DNA from: Eledone cirrhosa
Taxonomy: Eukaryota
DNA length: 64,000 nt
NCBI GenBank assembly: GCA_964016885.1
Contig: OZ024742.1
Span: 46,686,001 to 46,750,000, forward strand
Reading direction: 5' to 3'
Part shown: positions 52,070 to 64,000 of the stretch, one piece after another
Layout of the letters: each line of letters begins with the position of its first letter
How positions within the stretch are numbered: position 1 is the first letter of the stretch
Position numbers and translations under genes: made by a program
Notes under the pieces: generated by a model
The model's database searches: none
What the model was told of the DNA's origin: nothing
Seen by the model: the letters and a program-made list of their open reading frames with translations, nothing else

Positions 52070-54103
52070 TTACCTTACTTCTCGTAGGGGAAAGACGGTT
52101 TTTCCACCCTTTTCACTGCTTGTGGCCTCCTCAGGAAGGATGTCCTTATAAATCCTCCTGGAGAGTGCTTGTCGGAAGTCTCTGATGTCTTTGGGGAATT
52201 TTTGTTTTAGTGTCATGTACGTTTTCTGTGTGATGCGAGTGATTTGTATGTGTGGAGGTGGTGTGAATTTTGGGGTTGTTGTGTAGTCTTTTTCTGTGAT
52301 GCTGGTGTTGTTTTGGATGTAGTGTAATAATTGCTTGTTGTTCAAATTTAATGCTGTCTAGTGTGTATCGTTTTGGTTGTTTTGTTTTGTTTGCGTTTGT
52401 TGTGGATTTGTTTCTGTTTCGCATTTTGGTGACTTTTGTGGTGTAGGTGATGGTGGTGTTGGGGTTAATGATGGTGATGGTGTTGGTGTTTGGGTTGATG
52501 GGGTTGGTGATGCTGGTGTGGATGGTGGCATATCTGTCCTAACTTTTTTGTTTCTTAATTTATTTGTTTCCCTCTGTATTTTGTTTTTGGAGGGGGAAGG
52601 AAGAGAATTTTTTCTTTTTTGGTTTCTTTTTTTTTTTTCGGATATCGTTTCCCACTCCTCGTCGTCACAATCTGTCTCCAGTTGTGATAGGCCGGGGAGT
52701 GGAATATCCTCCACAGCCGTTAGTTTTGGTTGTGGCGTGGTGGATGGTGTAGGCGCTGGTGCTAGTTCTGAAGCGTTGGGTGGTGGTGGTGTTGGTTTTG
52801 CTGGTGGTGGTGGTGGTGGTGGTGTTGGTTTTGCTACTGTTGCTGGGGTTGTTGCTGTTATAGTTGCTTCTGTTGTTGGTGCTACAGTTGTTGCTGCCAT
52901 CTCTGCTACTGGTGGTGTTGATGGTTGTGTCACTGGGGTGGGTAGGAGAGGTGGCCTCAACCTTTTAGCCTGAGGGCAGAAAGCCCTTAGGTGGGTTCCT
53001 TCACCACAAACGACACATCTAGGTCTTCTGCCCTCGACAATTACCGTGAGGTGGCTGCCGTCAGTGAGGTCTATTACCTCTGGGATCTCCTCAATGCTTA
53101 TTTGGTCCGCTTGGATCAGGAGCTCCATCCCAGATCCGGACCAGTTCTCCTGCTTTTCTTTTGCTATTGCTATTATTTTCGTGTTGGCTTCGATGCCGGC
53201 GAGGACAGCCGCTATTAGCCAGGGAATTTCGATGGCCGATGGAACGTGGGTCACCCTGATCTTTACGAGTCTCTGGCCACAATAGCTTGGGACGAGTGTG
53301 AAGTCGTCACTTCTTAATGGGGCCATGGAGTGTTCTCTAGCCTCCTCTGGTGTTTCAAAGAACACGTCCACGGTTCCATACTTTTGCCCACGTCTGTTGT
53401 AGGTTTTTCTTGCCCACACATGTCCCAAAGCTTTTTGGATTTGGGACTCGGATGCCCGTTCCACTCGGCGCGATTTTACATTTATTGTTCTATACGACAC
53501 GGTGCATAGGCGCCGATGCTCCATTTTATTAGGTGGGGGGGGGGGGGGGTTGAGGCTGACCCTGTACCCATCTTTCTTTACCATTTGTTTGGCATTTTCT
53601 AAATCCTCCTGAGTTACCGTAAATGCTTCGAACTGTTTTGCTACTCTGGCGAAACTGAGGGGGGGGGGGGTTATAATGTCATTGTTGTTGTTGTTGCTAT
53701 CGTTAATATTAATTTTAGTTTCAGTTGTGGTGGTGGTGACGTCAGTCGTCTTTGGTGGGGAAGAGTCCATGTTGCTTGATTTCATTTCGACATCACGAGT
53801 TAATTTATTTTTTTCTTCTTTTGTTTCTGTTGTCGCGGTGGTGGTGGTGGTGGTGGTTGTCGCGGTGGTGGTGGTGGTGGTGGAGGCTTTAACACCTGCA
53901 GTCATTGGTAATGGCGGGAAATGAATGTCTGCCTGAGACAAATTTAAAATATTGCTAGTGCTTATATTTTTTTTTGTGTTGGCAAACGTAGTAACATTTA
54001 CAATGGTGGTGTCGGTGTGAGATGTTAATTTGTGAGGAAGGCTTTCAGCTGCTTCGTGCAGAGGTGAATTAGCCATCTTTTTCAAAGAAATTTTTTTGAT
54101 CAT
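52070..54103 (-). pseudogene. Tx1 ORF1 (gag-like; CCHC knuckle, Pro/Thr-rich region, C-terminal domain); one internal stop at 52358
   Basis: CVVCGEGTHLRAFC knuckle; the other copy reads Tyr at the stop position. Confidence 0.85.
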
Positions 54104-54266
54104 AATAAAAGTTTAAATTTTGGGCACAATTAAATTTTCGGAAAACAATGTATGTGCGCTTATAAACAGTTAACAATAAAATTTTCCATAAATGACAATT
54201 TTTAACAAACGGAAATAACAAACCTTTGCGGAGCTCACGATGATACGATTTACTACGTAGGTCGCC

Positions 54267-54299
<33 letters not shown>

Positions 54300-54310
54300 T
54301 ATTATTATTA

Positions 54311-56289
54311 CAACTGCATTTATCTTGCTTTATGTTCATACGAGTTATCACCAAGTCACAACCAGTGACCTCAAGAGACAACAAGGTCCGCCATGTTCAA
54401 GAAAGAACATACATACTCACACATGCATCTTTAGTGTTTAGACTTGTGATGAACTTATATTGACAGAATCTTCCTTAGTATATGGGCAGTTCCCATTAGT
54501 ATTATCTTTTGTATTTCTCCTATACGCGGGTTTCCTGGGATTTGCGATAAGTAATCATTAGACCCCTTAGGTATCATTCCCAGAGCGCCTACAACCACTG
54601 GTATTGTTTTAGTTCTCAATTTCCACATTTTTTCCAATTTCTATCTCCAGGTCCTTATACTTGCTCAATTTTTCAAATATTTTTATAGATACATTCTTGT
54701 CTATTGGAACAGACATATCAATTAGCAGGCATACCCTCTTTTTGAAGTCCTTCAATATTATATCAGGTCTATTTGCATCTATTTTTCGGTCTGTTTGGAT
54801 GCTAAAGTTCCACAAGATTGAGATGTGATCTTTTTCAAGTATGGGAGGTGGTTGATGTTCCCACCAATTCTTTTGATGGGGCAAGACAAAATGCTTACAC
54901 ATTATCCAATGTATGTATTGTGCAGCTCTGTCATGCCTGTTTAGGTATTCGGTTGGAGCTATAGGACTGCACATTGAAATTATATGGTCAATGGTCTCTG
55001 GTTGTTTTTTGCATACACGGCATAATGGGCTGCATCCATTTTTTATTATGTTGGCTTGGTAATTTTTTGTTGGCAGACACTGATCTTGTGCTGATATAAT
55101 CAGTCCTTCAGTCTCCGATTTCAGTCCAGAGGATGCCAACCACAGATGGGTTAAAGTTTTGTCAACATCAGGATTGTTAGGTCGCTCTGGGTATTTTCCA
55201 TACAGAGGCTTTTCTTGCCATTTCTTAGCCAGTTTCTGTAGCAGTTCTTTCTTTGCAGTTACTTTTACTTGCTTTGCTTTTTCTGTGTTTTCCATTTCAG
55301 CAGTAAATGGAACTTCTGAAATTTGTAGTCCATTACTGTATCTTTGTGTATCTTTTGTAATGGAATATGATCTTTTGATGCTTTCGTGTTTCAAAACGAG
55401 TTTGATCATCCAATCATGTGATTCCCTTAGACATGTAGATAATCCAATTGTTACAGTTTTCAACGCAATGTCTAACTGGATTAACCCACGTCCTCCTTCT
55501 TTCCTAGGGAGATATATTCTATCTATATCTGCCTTAGGGTGATGCATTCTGTGCATGGTTAAGAGTTTTCGAATTTTTGTATCGAGCCTACGGATCTCTG
55601 TGCTTGACCAGTTGATGACATTGTAACTGTAGGTTACTACTGGTATGGCAAGCGTGTTTATGGCATCGATCCTATTCCTTGCATTCAATTCCGTTCTTAA
55701 GATTGCTCTTACTCTGCGGTAACATTCCTTCCTTATCCTTTCCCTCATTGTCGAGTGCTTTATTCCGTCTCCTTCACAAACACCTAGATATTTGTAAGTT
55801 TTTTCTTGATCAAGTTCTCTTATCACGTTCCCTCGATCAAGATTAATGTCTGAACTCTTCAGCAGCTTTCCTCTGGTGAACGTTGCTTTGGCGCATTTGT
55901 CTAGTCCAAACTCCATTTTAATGTCAACAATGAACTGCTCCACAGTGGATAATAGCCCTTGCAATTGTTCATCATTTTTTGCAAATAGTTTCAGGTCATC
56001 CATGTAGAACAAGTGATTAATGGTTTTGTCATAGACTTTATATCCATGTTTTGTTTCATTGAGCATTTTACTTAATGGTATAAGTGCGATGCAGAATAAA
56101 AGCGGTGATAAAGAGTCACCTTGAAAAATTTCACAATTAATATTAACTTCTCCAGCTTCCAGTGATTTTGTTTCAAAAGGAGTGTATTTTTCCATGTCTT
56201 CATACTGAATGACAAAAACCTCCTGACAACGGGGGATATTTTGAAAATCTCTAAACATTTTTCAATCCAATCGAAGGCTTTTTATAATC

Positions 56290-56290
<1 letters not shown>
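54311..56290 (-). mobile_element. 5'-truncated Dong/R4-type LINE copy 1 with (TAA)n tail
   Basis: QGDSLSPLLF, FYMDDLKLF, CRVC..ETIDHIISMC, NRPDIILKD..LLIDMSVP..K..KY. Confidence 0.93.
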
Positions 56291-56345
<55 letters not shown>

Positions 56346-59300
56346 GGCGCCCTACGTAGTAAATCGTATCATCGTCAGCTCCGTTTGTTGTTTTCAGTTG
56401 TATAAATTGCCTTTTATGGAACATTTTTATTGTTAACTGTATATAAGTGCACATACATTGTTTTCTGAAAAGGACACTCAAAAAGATTGGGGCCTTGGGC
56501 CCAAAATTTAAACTTTTATAATTATCAAAAAAAGAATTTCTTGGAAAAATCATGGACGACTCACAGCTGCACCAAGTAGCTGAGAGCCTTCCTCACAAAC
56601 TAACACCTCACACCGATACCACCATTGTAAATATTACTACGTTTGCCAACACTAAAAATATAAGCAGTAGCAAAATTTTAAATTTGTCTCAGGCAGACAA
56701 TCATTTCCCGCCATTACCAATGACTGCAGGTGTTGAAGCCGCCACCCCCACCACCATCACAGCGACAACAGAAACAAAAGAAAAAAATAAATTATCTCGT
56801 GATATCGAAATGAATTCACCCAGAATGAACTCTTCCACACCGAACACCACTGACGCCATCACCACCACAACTGAAACTAAAATAGACAATAACAAAAATA
56901 ACGATAACAACAACAGCAACAATGAGAATAAGAAAACCACCCTGTCTTTTGCCAGAGTAGCAAAAAAGTTCGAAGCAATCCAGGTAATTCAGGAGGAATT
57001 AGAAGAAGCCAAAAGAATGGTGAAGAAAGATGGGTACAGGGTCAGCCTCACCCCACCTAATAAAATGGAGCATCGGCGCCTATGCACCGTGTCTTATCGG
57101 ACGATTAACATAAAATCGCGCCGAGTGGAACGGGCATCTGAGTCCCAAATCCCAAAATGCTTTGGGACATGTGTGGGGAAAAAAACCCACATCAGACGTG
57201 GGCAGAAATATGGAACCGTGGACGTGTTCTTTGAAACACCACAGGAGGCCAGAGAACACACCATGGCCCCATTAAGAAGTGACGACTTCACACTCGTCCC
57301 AAGCTATTGTGGCCAGAGACTCGTGAAGATCAGGGTGACCCACGTTCCCCCGGCCATCGAAATTCCCTGGCTAATGGCTGCCGTCCTCGCCAGCATCGAG
57401 GCCAACACCAAGATAATCGAAATAGCGAAAGAAAAGCAGGAAACTGGTCCGGATCTGGGATGGAGCTTCTGATCCAAGCGGACCAAAAAAGCATTGAGGA
57501 GATCCCAGAGGTAATAGACCTCACTGACGGCTGCCACCTCACCGTAATCATCGAGGGCAGAAGGCCTAGGTGTGTCGTTTGTGGTGAAGGAACCTACCTA
57601 AGGGCTTTCTGCCTCCAGGCTAAAAGGTTGAAGCCACCTCTCTTACCCACCCCAATGACTCAACCATCAACACCACCAGGCAGCAGAAATGGCAGCAACA
57701 ACAGAAGCAACTGTAACAGCAACAACCCAAGCAACAGTAGCAAAACCAACACCACCATCACCCAACGCGCCAGAACTAGCACCAGCGCCTACACCATCTA
57801 CCACGCCACAACCAAAACTAACGCCTGTGGAGGATTTTCCACTCCTCTGCTTATCGCAACTGGAGACAGATTGAGACGACGAGGAGTGGGAAACGGTATC
57901 AGGAAAAAATAAAAAAATAAAAAAATTCTCTTCCTTACCCCTCCAAAAACAAAACACAGAGGGAAACAAATAAATTATCAAACAAAAAAGTTAGGACAGA
58001 TATGCCACCATCCACACCAGCATCACCAACCCCATCACCGCAAACACCAACACCATCACCATCATTAACCCCAACACCACCATCACCAACACCACAAAAG
58101 TCACCAAAAAGGGTAACAGAAACAAACCCACAACAAACGCAAACAAAACAAAACAACCAAAACGATACACACTACACAGCATAAAATTTGATCAACAACC
58201 AATTATTACACTACATGCAACACAACACCAGCATCACAGAAAAAGACTACACAACAACCCAAAAGTTCACACAACCTCCACACATACAAATCACTCGTAT
58301 TACACAGAAAACGTACACGACACTAAAACAAAAATTCCCCAAAGACATCGGAGACTTCCGACAAACACTCTCCAGGAGGATTTATAAGGACATCAGCAGT
58401 GAAAAGGATGGACAAACCATCCTTCCTCTACGAGAAGTAAGGTAAGTGGTCTTTCCCATGTTTTCCACTCCATTTCAACATGACCTCACTCAGAATAGGC
58501 AGCATAAATGCGCGTGGCTTGGGGTCGTCATGGATGCAGGGCCACCTGCTCAACGACCTCAGGTCACTAAACATAGATGTAGTGGCCATCAGCCAGACCA
58601 GAATCTCCGAAGAACGGGCCTTCGCACCGATCTTCGGCGGCTACGATGTGTACGTATCTCCCAGCCGTCCGGGATCGGGGGGAGGAGTTGCTGTGCTTTT
58701 TCAGAGAGGTTTGGATCTCGCCATACGGGCCATCTTCCTGGATCCAGAAGGTAAGTTGCGGGTGCTAGACGTGACAAGCGGAGACGGGCAAGTTTTCAGG
58801 CTAGTGGCCGTCTATGCACCGACAGGTTTCTTCCGGCGTCTGGAGAACTTTCTTGGAACGTCCCGCTCTTTAGTGTTAGTGGGCGATGTGGAACGGGATC
58901 TTAGATGCACGCTGGGACTGTGTGGGATTAGCGGATAGGGGAGGAGGGTGCAAGAGCCTCACCAACCTGCTCAGGCGTTTTGAAATGTCTGACAGGTACC
59001 GATTGGATTTCCCGAATGTGCCAATGTGGACTTGGACAAATCTCATAGGGTCATCCAGATCATATCTAGATAGAGTATTTTGTAGGGAAATACATAGGTC
59101 TAGCATAGGCTGTCCATAATTCAAGATAGTCAGCTACACGGACCACAGATTCGTGATCTGTGTGCTTGACTTAGATAGGCTTCATAGACGAGGACCCGGC
59201 TACTGGAAGCTAAACGCGTCCTTACCAGCGCGCAAGGCCTACATAGACCGGATTAGCGAACTAGTTAAGCGGGCGTTGACGGGGGCCATCGTCAACAACA

Positions 59301-61670
59301 AGTGGTGGTTTGCTCTGAAAAGAGCAAGTAGAATAGATTCCATTAGGTTTAGTAAGGCTGTAGCAATGGAGAAAAATAGAGCAGAGGGAGAATTAGTTAG
59401 AAAATTAGACGAGGCGCTTAGCAAAGGCAAGCGACCGACGTACCTGCGGCGAAATTGGCCCTTGACCAATTCTTCAATGCAAAGCACGAAGGTTGCGCTG
59501 TCAGAGCTTGGGTGCGTGCTCTCAGACACGAGGGGACGCAAGCCGTTCAATGGGCCCAAGTGGCGGAGGCGCGTCGTGGCAACAAAACCACGATCCGGTC
59601 TTTGATGGACCACGACGGGCGCATGCTACTCGATCCCGGGAAAATGTGTGAAGCTTTTCAGCGACACTTCGCTCAGCTGTTCGGGGGCAGCGGCGGGCCG
59701 GATTGAGGGATGGACTTTAGTGTCTATCTCGACGGACTGCCGCGGCGCTCGGCCACTGAGGCGGAGTGTTGCGAAAAGCCGATAACAGCCGCTGAAGTAC
59801 GAGAGGCAGTACTAGCGACAGTCCTGTGGGCGGCTGGCTTTGGGCCCGTCTTCAGAGGCTGGATCGCTGCCATGCACAGCCGCATCTGCTCTGTAGTGAG
59901 AGTGAACGGTCAGCTTTCGGAACCGTTCAACATCATGCGTTCGATCAGCCCGTCCCTCTTGTACGTATTGAATCTAGAGCCATTACTGCACAAACTAGAG
60001 ACGTTGAGGGGGGTCCCGCGCGAACTAGGATGCGGAAGATCCGTTTCAGCATATGCGGACGATGTCTCCGTAGTGGTGTCGAACGCCAAACACATCGAGG
60101 CGATCGGCACTACACTAAGAGAATACGAAGCGGTGACAGGAGCAATGATCAACCAGAAAAAGTCAGTGTCCTGCAGCTCGTCACCTGGAGAGGCAGGTCC
60201 ATGCCGTCCAACAGCGGCGTCGGGCGCTGGACGGACGGACCGATTAAATCGCTCGGGGTTCGGTTCGGTTCGGATCTCCAGACGGACAAAAACTGGGACG
60301 AGGTGACGAACAGTGTGGCTTCTCTCACCCAGAAATGGGCCGAGAGGAAGCTATCCCTGAAAGGTCGAGCGGAGGTGGCTAACGTGTATATCGCGTCCGT
60401 CAGCTACTACCACCTGACCGTCGTACCTTGTCCTAATCCCGGCCTGACTGCGCTGGAGCGTTTGCTCTTTCGCTTTTTGTGGAAGGGACGCACTCCGATG
60501 GTCAGGCGGTCTATCTGCTGTCAACACCCGATACGTGGAGGGCTGGGAATGCCGTGGCTGATGATGCGCAGACACGCGCTCAGGCTACGACATCTCCACC
60601 TTTTCCTCGACGGTGATCAGGTGTGGTCGCCGTTTGCTAGACGCGTCTTTCCCCAGCTCGTCTCCTTGACGGAGCTGCAGTCCTGCGTCAAGCGAAGACG
60701 GAGAGGGAGCGCTTGGAGTCTGGAATGTCTTCAGGCGCTCACAACCCTCGACCAATCCGGCAACGTGATCGGTGGAAACTCCACCTTGGCGTTCTATAGA
60801 GTATTAGTGGAGGGGAAGAGCGACAACGTACTTGGGGAAACTCTAGGCGTCGACGAAAATCAACTAGCCAATCTATTCAGAAGAACTTTCAGGCCGGGGC
60901 CTATGGACAACTTCCAGAAATCCCTGGCCTGGCAGTGCTACCGAGGAGCTTTGCCAGTTCGGGATAAACTCTACAGGCATGGAGGTGCCGTCCCCCGGGC
61001 ATGTCCGCGATGCGCGCAGGGCGATGAAACCGTTCTGCACGCACTCGTCCAGTGTCCGAGCATTGCTGCCTTGTGGGTTTATGTCGAACACCTGCTGTCG
61101 CGTGTAGAACGGATCCGGTTATCAGCTGCGTCCATCGTGAGAATTGCCACACCCTCTTCTTTTAGCCGGGAAGGGCAGGCAGTTTTTATCTGTCTGGTGG
61201 CCATGGCGAAAGTGATAGTATGGTGGACGCGTCTGAAAGGGCTGAAGACGAGCACTTACCTCTTCGGTGATGCCCTGATTAACTTTTTCAAATTTCATTT
61301 GAAAAGGAAAATCAGGGTAGAGAGGGAAGTGCTCTCTACCCAGCTTTTTGTTGAAAGATGGGCGAGAGAGGCAAGAATGGCTCGAGTGAATGGACCTACT
61401 CCGAGTATATGCCTGTAAATTGAAGGTGGAAAACTGGGAGAGGGCACTTGCCCTGGTGGTTAGGGTCACTGTGGCTCTTTAATGGGCTTTCTCCACGAAT
61501 GTCCCTCGGAAGTCACCCCCCCCTATTGGGGAATTTTTTTCATTGTTCTTTTATTACATCCTCTATTTCTTGTTTTTTACACGCAGAAATGCCCATTTGT
61601 ACCGTCCTGTATTGTCCTGTACTGTCCTTAATGTCTACTTTATGTAAACCCTTGTGGTTAATAAAGAAAG

Positions 61671-61671
<1 letters not shown>
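56346..61671 (+). mobile_element. Tx1 family B copy 2, flanked by (ATT)n, internal RT deletion near 59800
   Basis: Homologous throughout to the reverse complement of 48399-54266; AEVR joins directly to LATVL. Confidence 0.95.
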
Positions 61672-61714
<43 letters not shown>

Positions 61715-61715
<1 letters not shown>

Positions 61716-64000
61716 AGCTGCATTTATCTTGCTTTATGTTCATACGAGTTATCACCAAATCACAACCAGTGACCTCAGGAGACAACAAGGTCCGCCATGT
61801 TCAAGAAAGTTCATACTTACACACACATGCATCTTAAGGTGTTTAGACTTGTGATGAACTTATATTGACAGAATCTTCCTTAGTATATGGGCAGTTCCCA
61901 TTAGTACTATCTTTCGTATTTCTCCTATACGCGGGTTTCCTGGGATTTGCGATAAGTAATTACTAGACCCCTTAGGTATCATTCCTAGAGCGCCTACAAC
62001 CACTGGTATTGTTTTAGTTCTCAATTTCCACATTTTTCCAATTTCTATCTCCAGGTCCTTATACTTGCTCAATTTTTCAAATGTTTTTATAGATACATTC
62101 TTGTCTGTTGGAACGGACATATCAATTAGCAGGCATACCCTTTTTTAAAGTCCTTCAGTATTATATCAGGTCTATTTGCATCTATTTTTCGGTCTGTTTG
62201 GATGCTAAAGTTCCACAACATTGACATGTGATCTTTTTCAAGTACGGGAGGTGGTTGATGCTTCCACCAATTCTTTTGATGGGGCAGGTCAAAATGCTTA
62301 CACATTATCCAATGTATGTATTGTGCAGCTCCGTCATGCCTGTTCAGGTATTCGGTTGGAGCTATAGGACTGCACATTAACATTATATGATCAATGGTCT
62401 CTGGTTGTTTTTTACATACACGGCATAATGAGTTTCATCCATTTTTTATTATGTCGGCTTGGTAAATTTTATTGGCAGACACTGATCTTGTGCTGATATA
62501 ATCAGTCCCTCAGTCTCCGATTTCAATCCAGAGGATGCCAACCACTGATGGGTTAAAGTTTTGTCAACATCAGGATTGTTAGCTCTTTCTGGGTATTTTC
62601 CATACAGAGGCTTTTCTTGCCATTTCGTAGCCAGTTTCTGTAGCAGTTCTTTCTTTGTAGTTACTTTTACCTACTTTGCTTTTTCTGTGTTTTTTATTTC
62701 AGCAGTAAATGGGACTTTTGAAATGTGTAGTCCATTACTGTATCTTTGTGCATCTTTTGTAATGGAGTATGATCTTTTGATGCTTTCGTGTTTCAAAACG
62801 AGTTTCATCATCCAATCATGTGATTCCCTTAGATATGTAGATAATCCAATTGTTTCAGCTTTCAACGCAATATCTAACTGGATTAACCTACGTCCTCCTT
62901 CTTTCTTAGGGAGATATATTCTATCTGTATCTCCCTTAGGGTGATGCATTTTGTGCATGGTTAAGAATTTTCTAATTTTTGTATCGAGCCTACGGATCTC
63001 TGTGCTTGACCAGTTGATGATATTGTAACTATATGTTACTACTTGTATGTCAAGCGTTTTTATGGCATCGATCCTATTCCTGGCATTCAATTCCGTTCTT
63101 AAGATTGCTCTTACTCTGCGGTAACATTCCTTCCTTATCCTTTCCCTCATGGTCGAGTGCTTGATTCCGTCTCCTTCACAAACACCTAGATATTTGTAAG
63201 TTCCCTCTTGATCAAGTTCTCTTATCACATTCCCCCCATCAAGATTAATGTCTGAACTTTTCAGGTGAACGTTGATTTGGCGCAATTATCTAGTCCAAAC
63301 TCCATTTTAATGTCTTCACTGAATTGCTTCTCAGTGGATAATAGCCCTTGTAATTGTTCATCATTTTTTGCAAATAGTTTCAGGTCATCCATGTAGAACA
63401 AGTGATTAATGGTTTTGTCATAGACTTTATATCCATGTTTTGTTTCATTGAGCATTTTACTTAATGGTATAAGTGCGATGCAGAATAAAAGCGGTGATAT
63501 TCATGCTGAATGACAGGAACCTCCTGACAACGGGAGATATTTTGAAAATCTCTAAACATTTTTCAATCCAACTGTGTGGCAAACTATTAAATGCTTTTTT
63601 ATATTCTATCAAAGCAATTGATAGATTTTTTGTGTTTATTATGACAATCTTCCAGTATCATTTTGTTAACCAAAAGCTGATCTTTACAGACATATGAGCC
63701 TCGTTTACACCCTTTCTGCTCATTGGGAAATATATTATTTGTTATCAGGTGGTCATATGTATATTCAGTTAGGACTGATGTTAAAATTTTAAACATTGTG
63801 GTCAAGCAAGTTATCGGTATGTAATTTTTGGGATTGTTTGTCTCATCACTCTTCGGAAGTAGGAATGTAATGCCATTAACTAGCCATGATGATATCTTTT
63901 CTGGCTCCTTATCTATTTCATTGTAAAGTTGGGCTAACAGCTCATGAGACTCTGTGAAGGCATTTATCCAAAAATTTGGTATTTTGTCTTTTCCTGGGGA
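61715..64000 (-). mobile_element. Dong/R4-type LINE copy 2 (continues beyond the window)
   Basis: Highly similar to 54311-56290; extends further 5' (EQKGCKRGS, PITCL, SPGKDKI). Confidence 0.93.

Larger units (their letters stand above)
48399..54266 (-). mobile_element. Near full-length Tx1/L1-clade retrotransposon, family B copy 1, flanked by (AAT)n
   Basis: 5' GGCGACCTACGTAGT; ORF1 + ORF2; 3' AATAAAGAAAAC(ATT)n on the sense strand. Confidence 0.95.

Noticed and set aside
52377-52973. Gly/Val-rich antisense ORF
   Set aside because: Reverse-strand shadow of the Pro/Thr-rich ORF1 region.
59826-60170. Novel N-terminus of the 530 aa ORF
   Set aside because: Off-frame reading of the Tx1 RT region upstream of a frameshift.

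Overview
AT-rich, microsatellite-dense animal DNA with no recognisable host exon. The tRNA-derived SINE resembles, from memory, octopod cephalopod SINEs, so the taxon is only an inference. The window is almost entirely transposon-derived. (i) 1-32.5 kb holds a decayed Naiad-type Penelope-like element (PLE; RT + GIY-YIG) with inverted terminal repeats, a second PLE fragment, and about a dozen short, mostly non-coding tandem or fold-back elements sitting in (TA)n tracts. Most of these carry type-I hammerhead ribozyme (HHR) motifs; one carries a tRNA-like Pol III unit instead. (ii) There are three Tx1/L1-clade non-LTR elements from two diverged families. (iii) There are several R4/Dong-type restriction-endonuclease LINEs nested in (TAA)n or (TATG)n, plus RTE, CR1/L2, Helitron and possible piggyBac relics and SINE arrays. 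The most striking unexplained signal is in the Tx1/L1 copies. In all three, the ORF1 stop overlaps a 5' splice-site consensus, followed by a pyrimidine tract and a first AG in matching phase. Removing this 52-53 nt segment would fuse ORF1 in frame to ORF2. All calls are by eye; no searches or folding programs were run.
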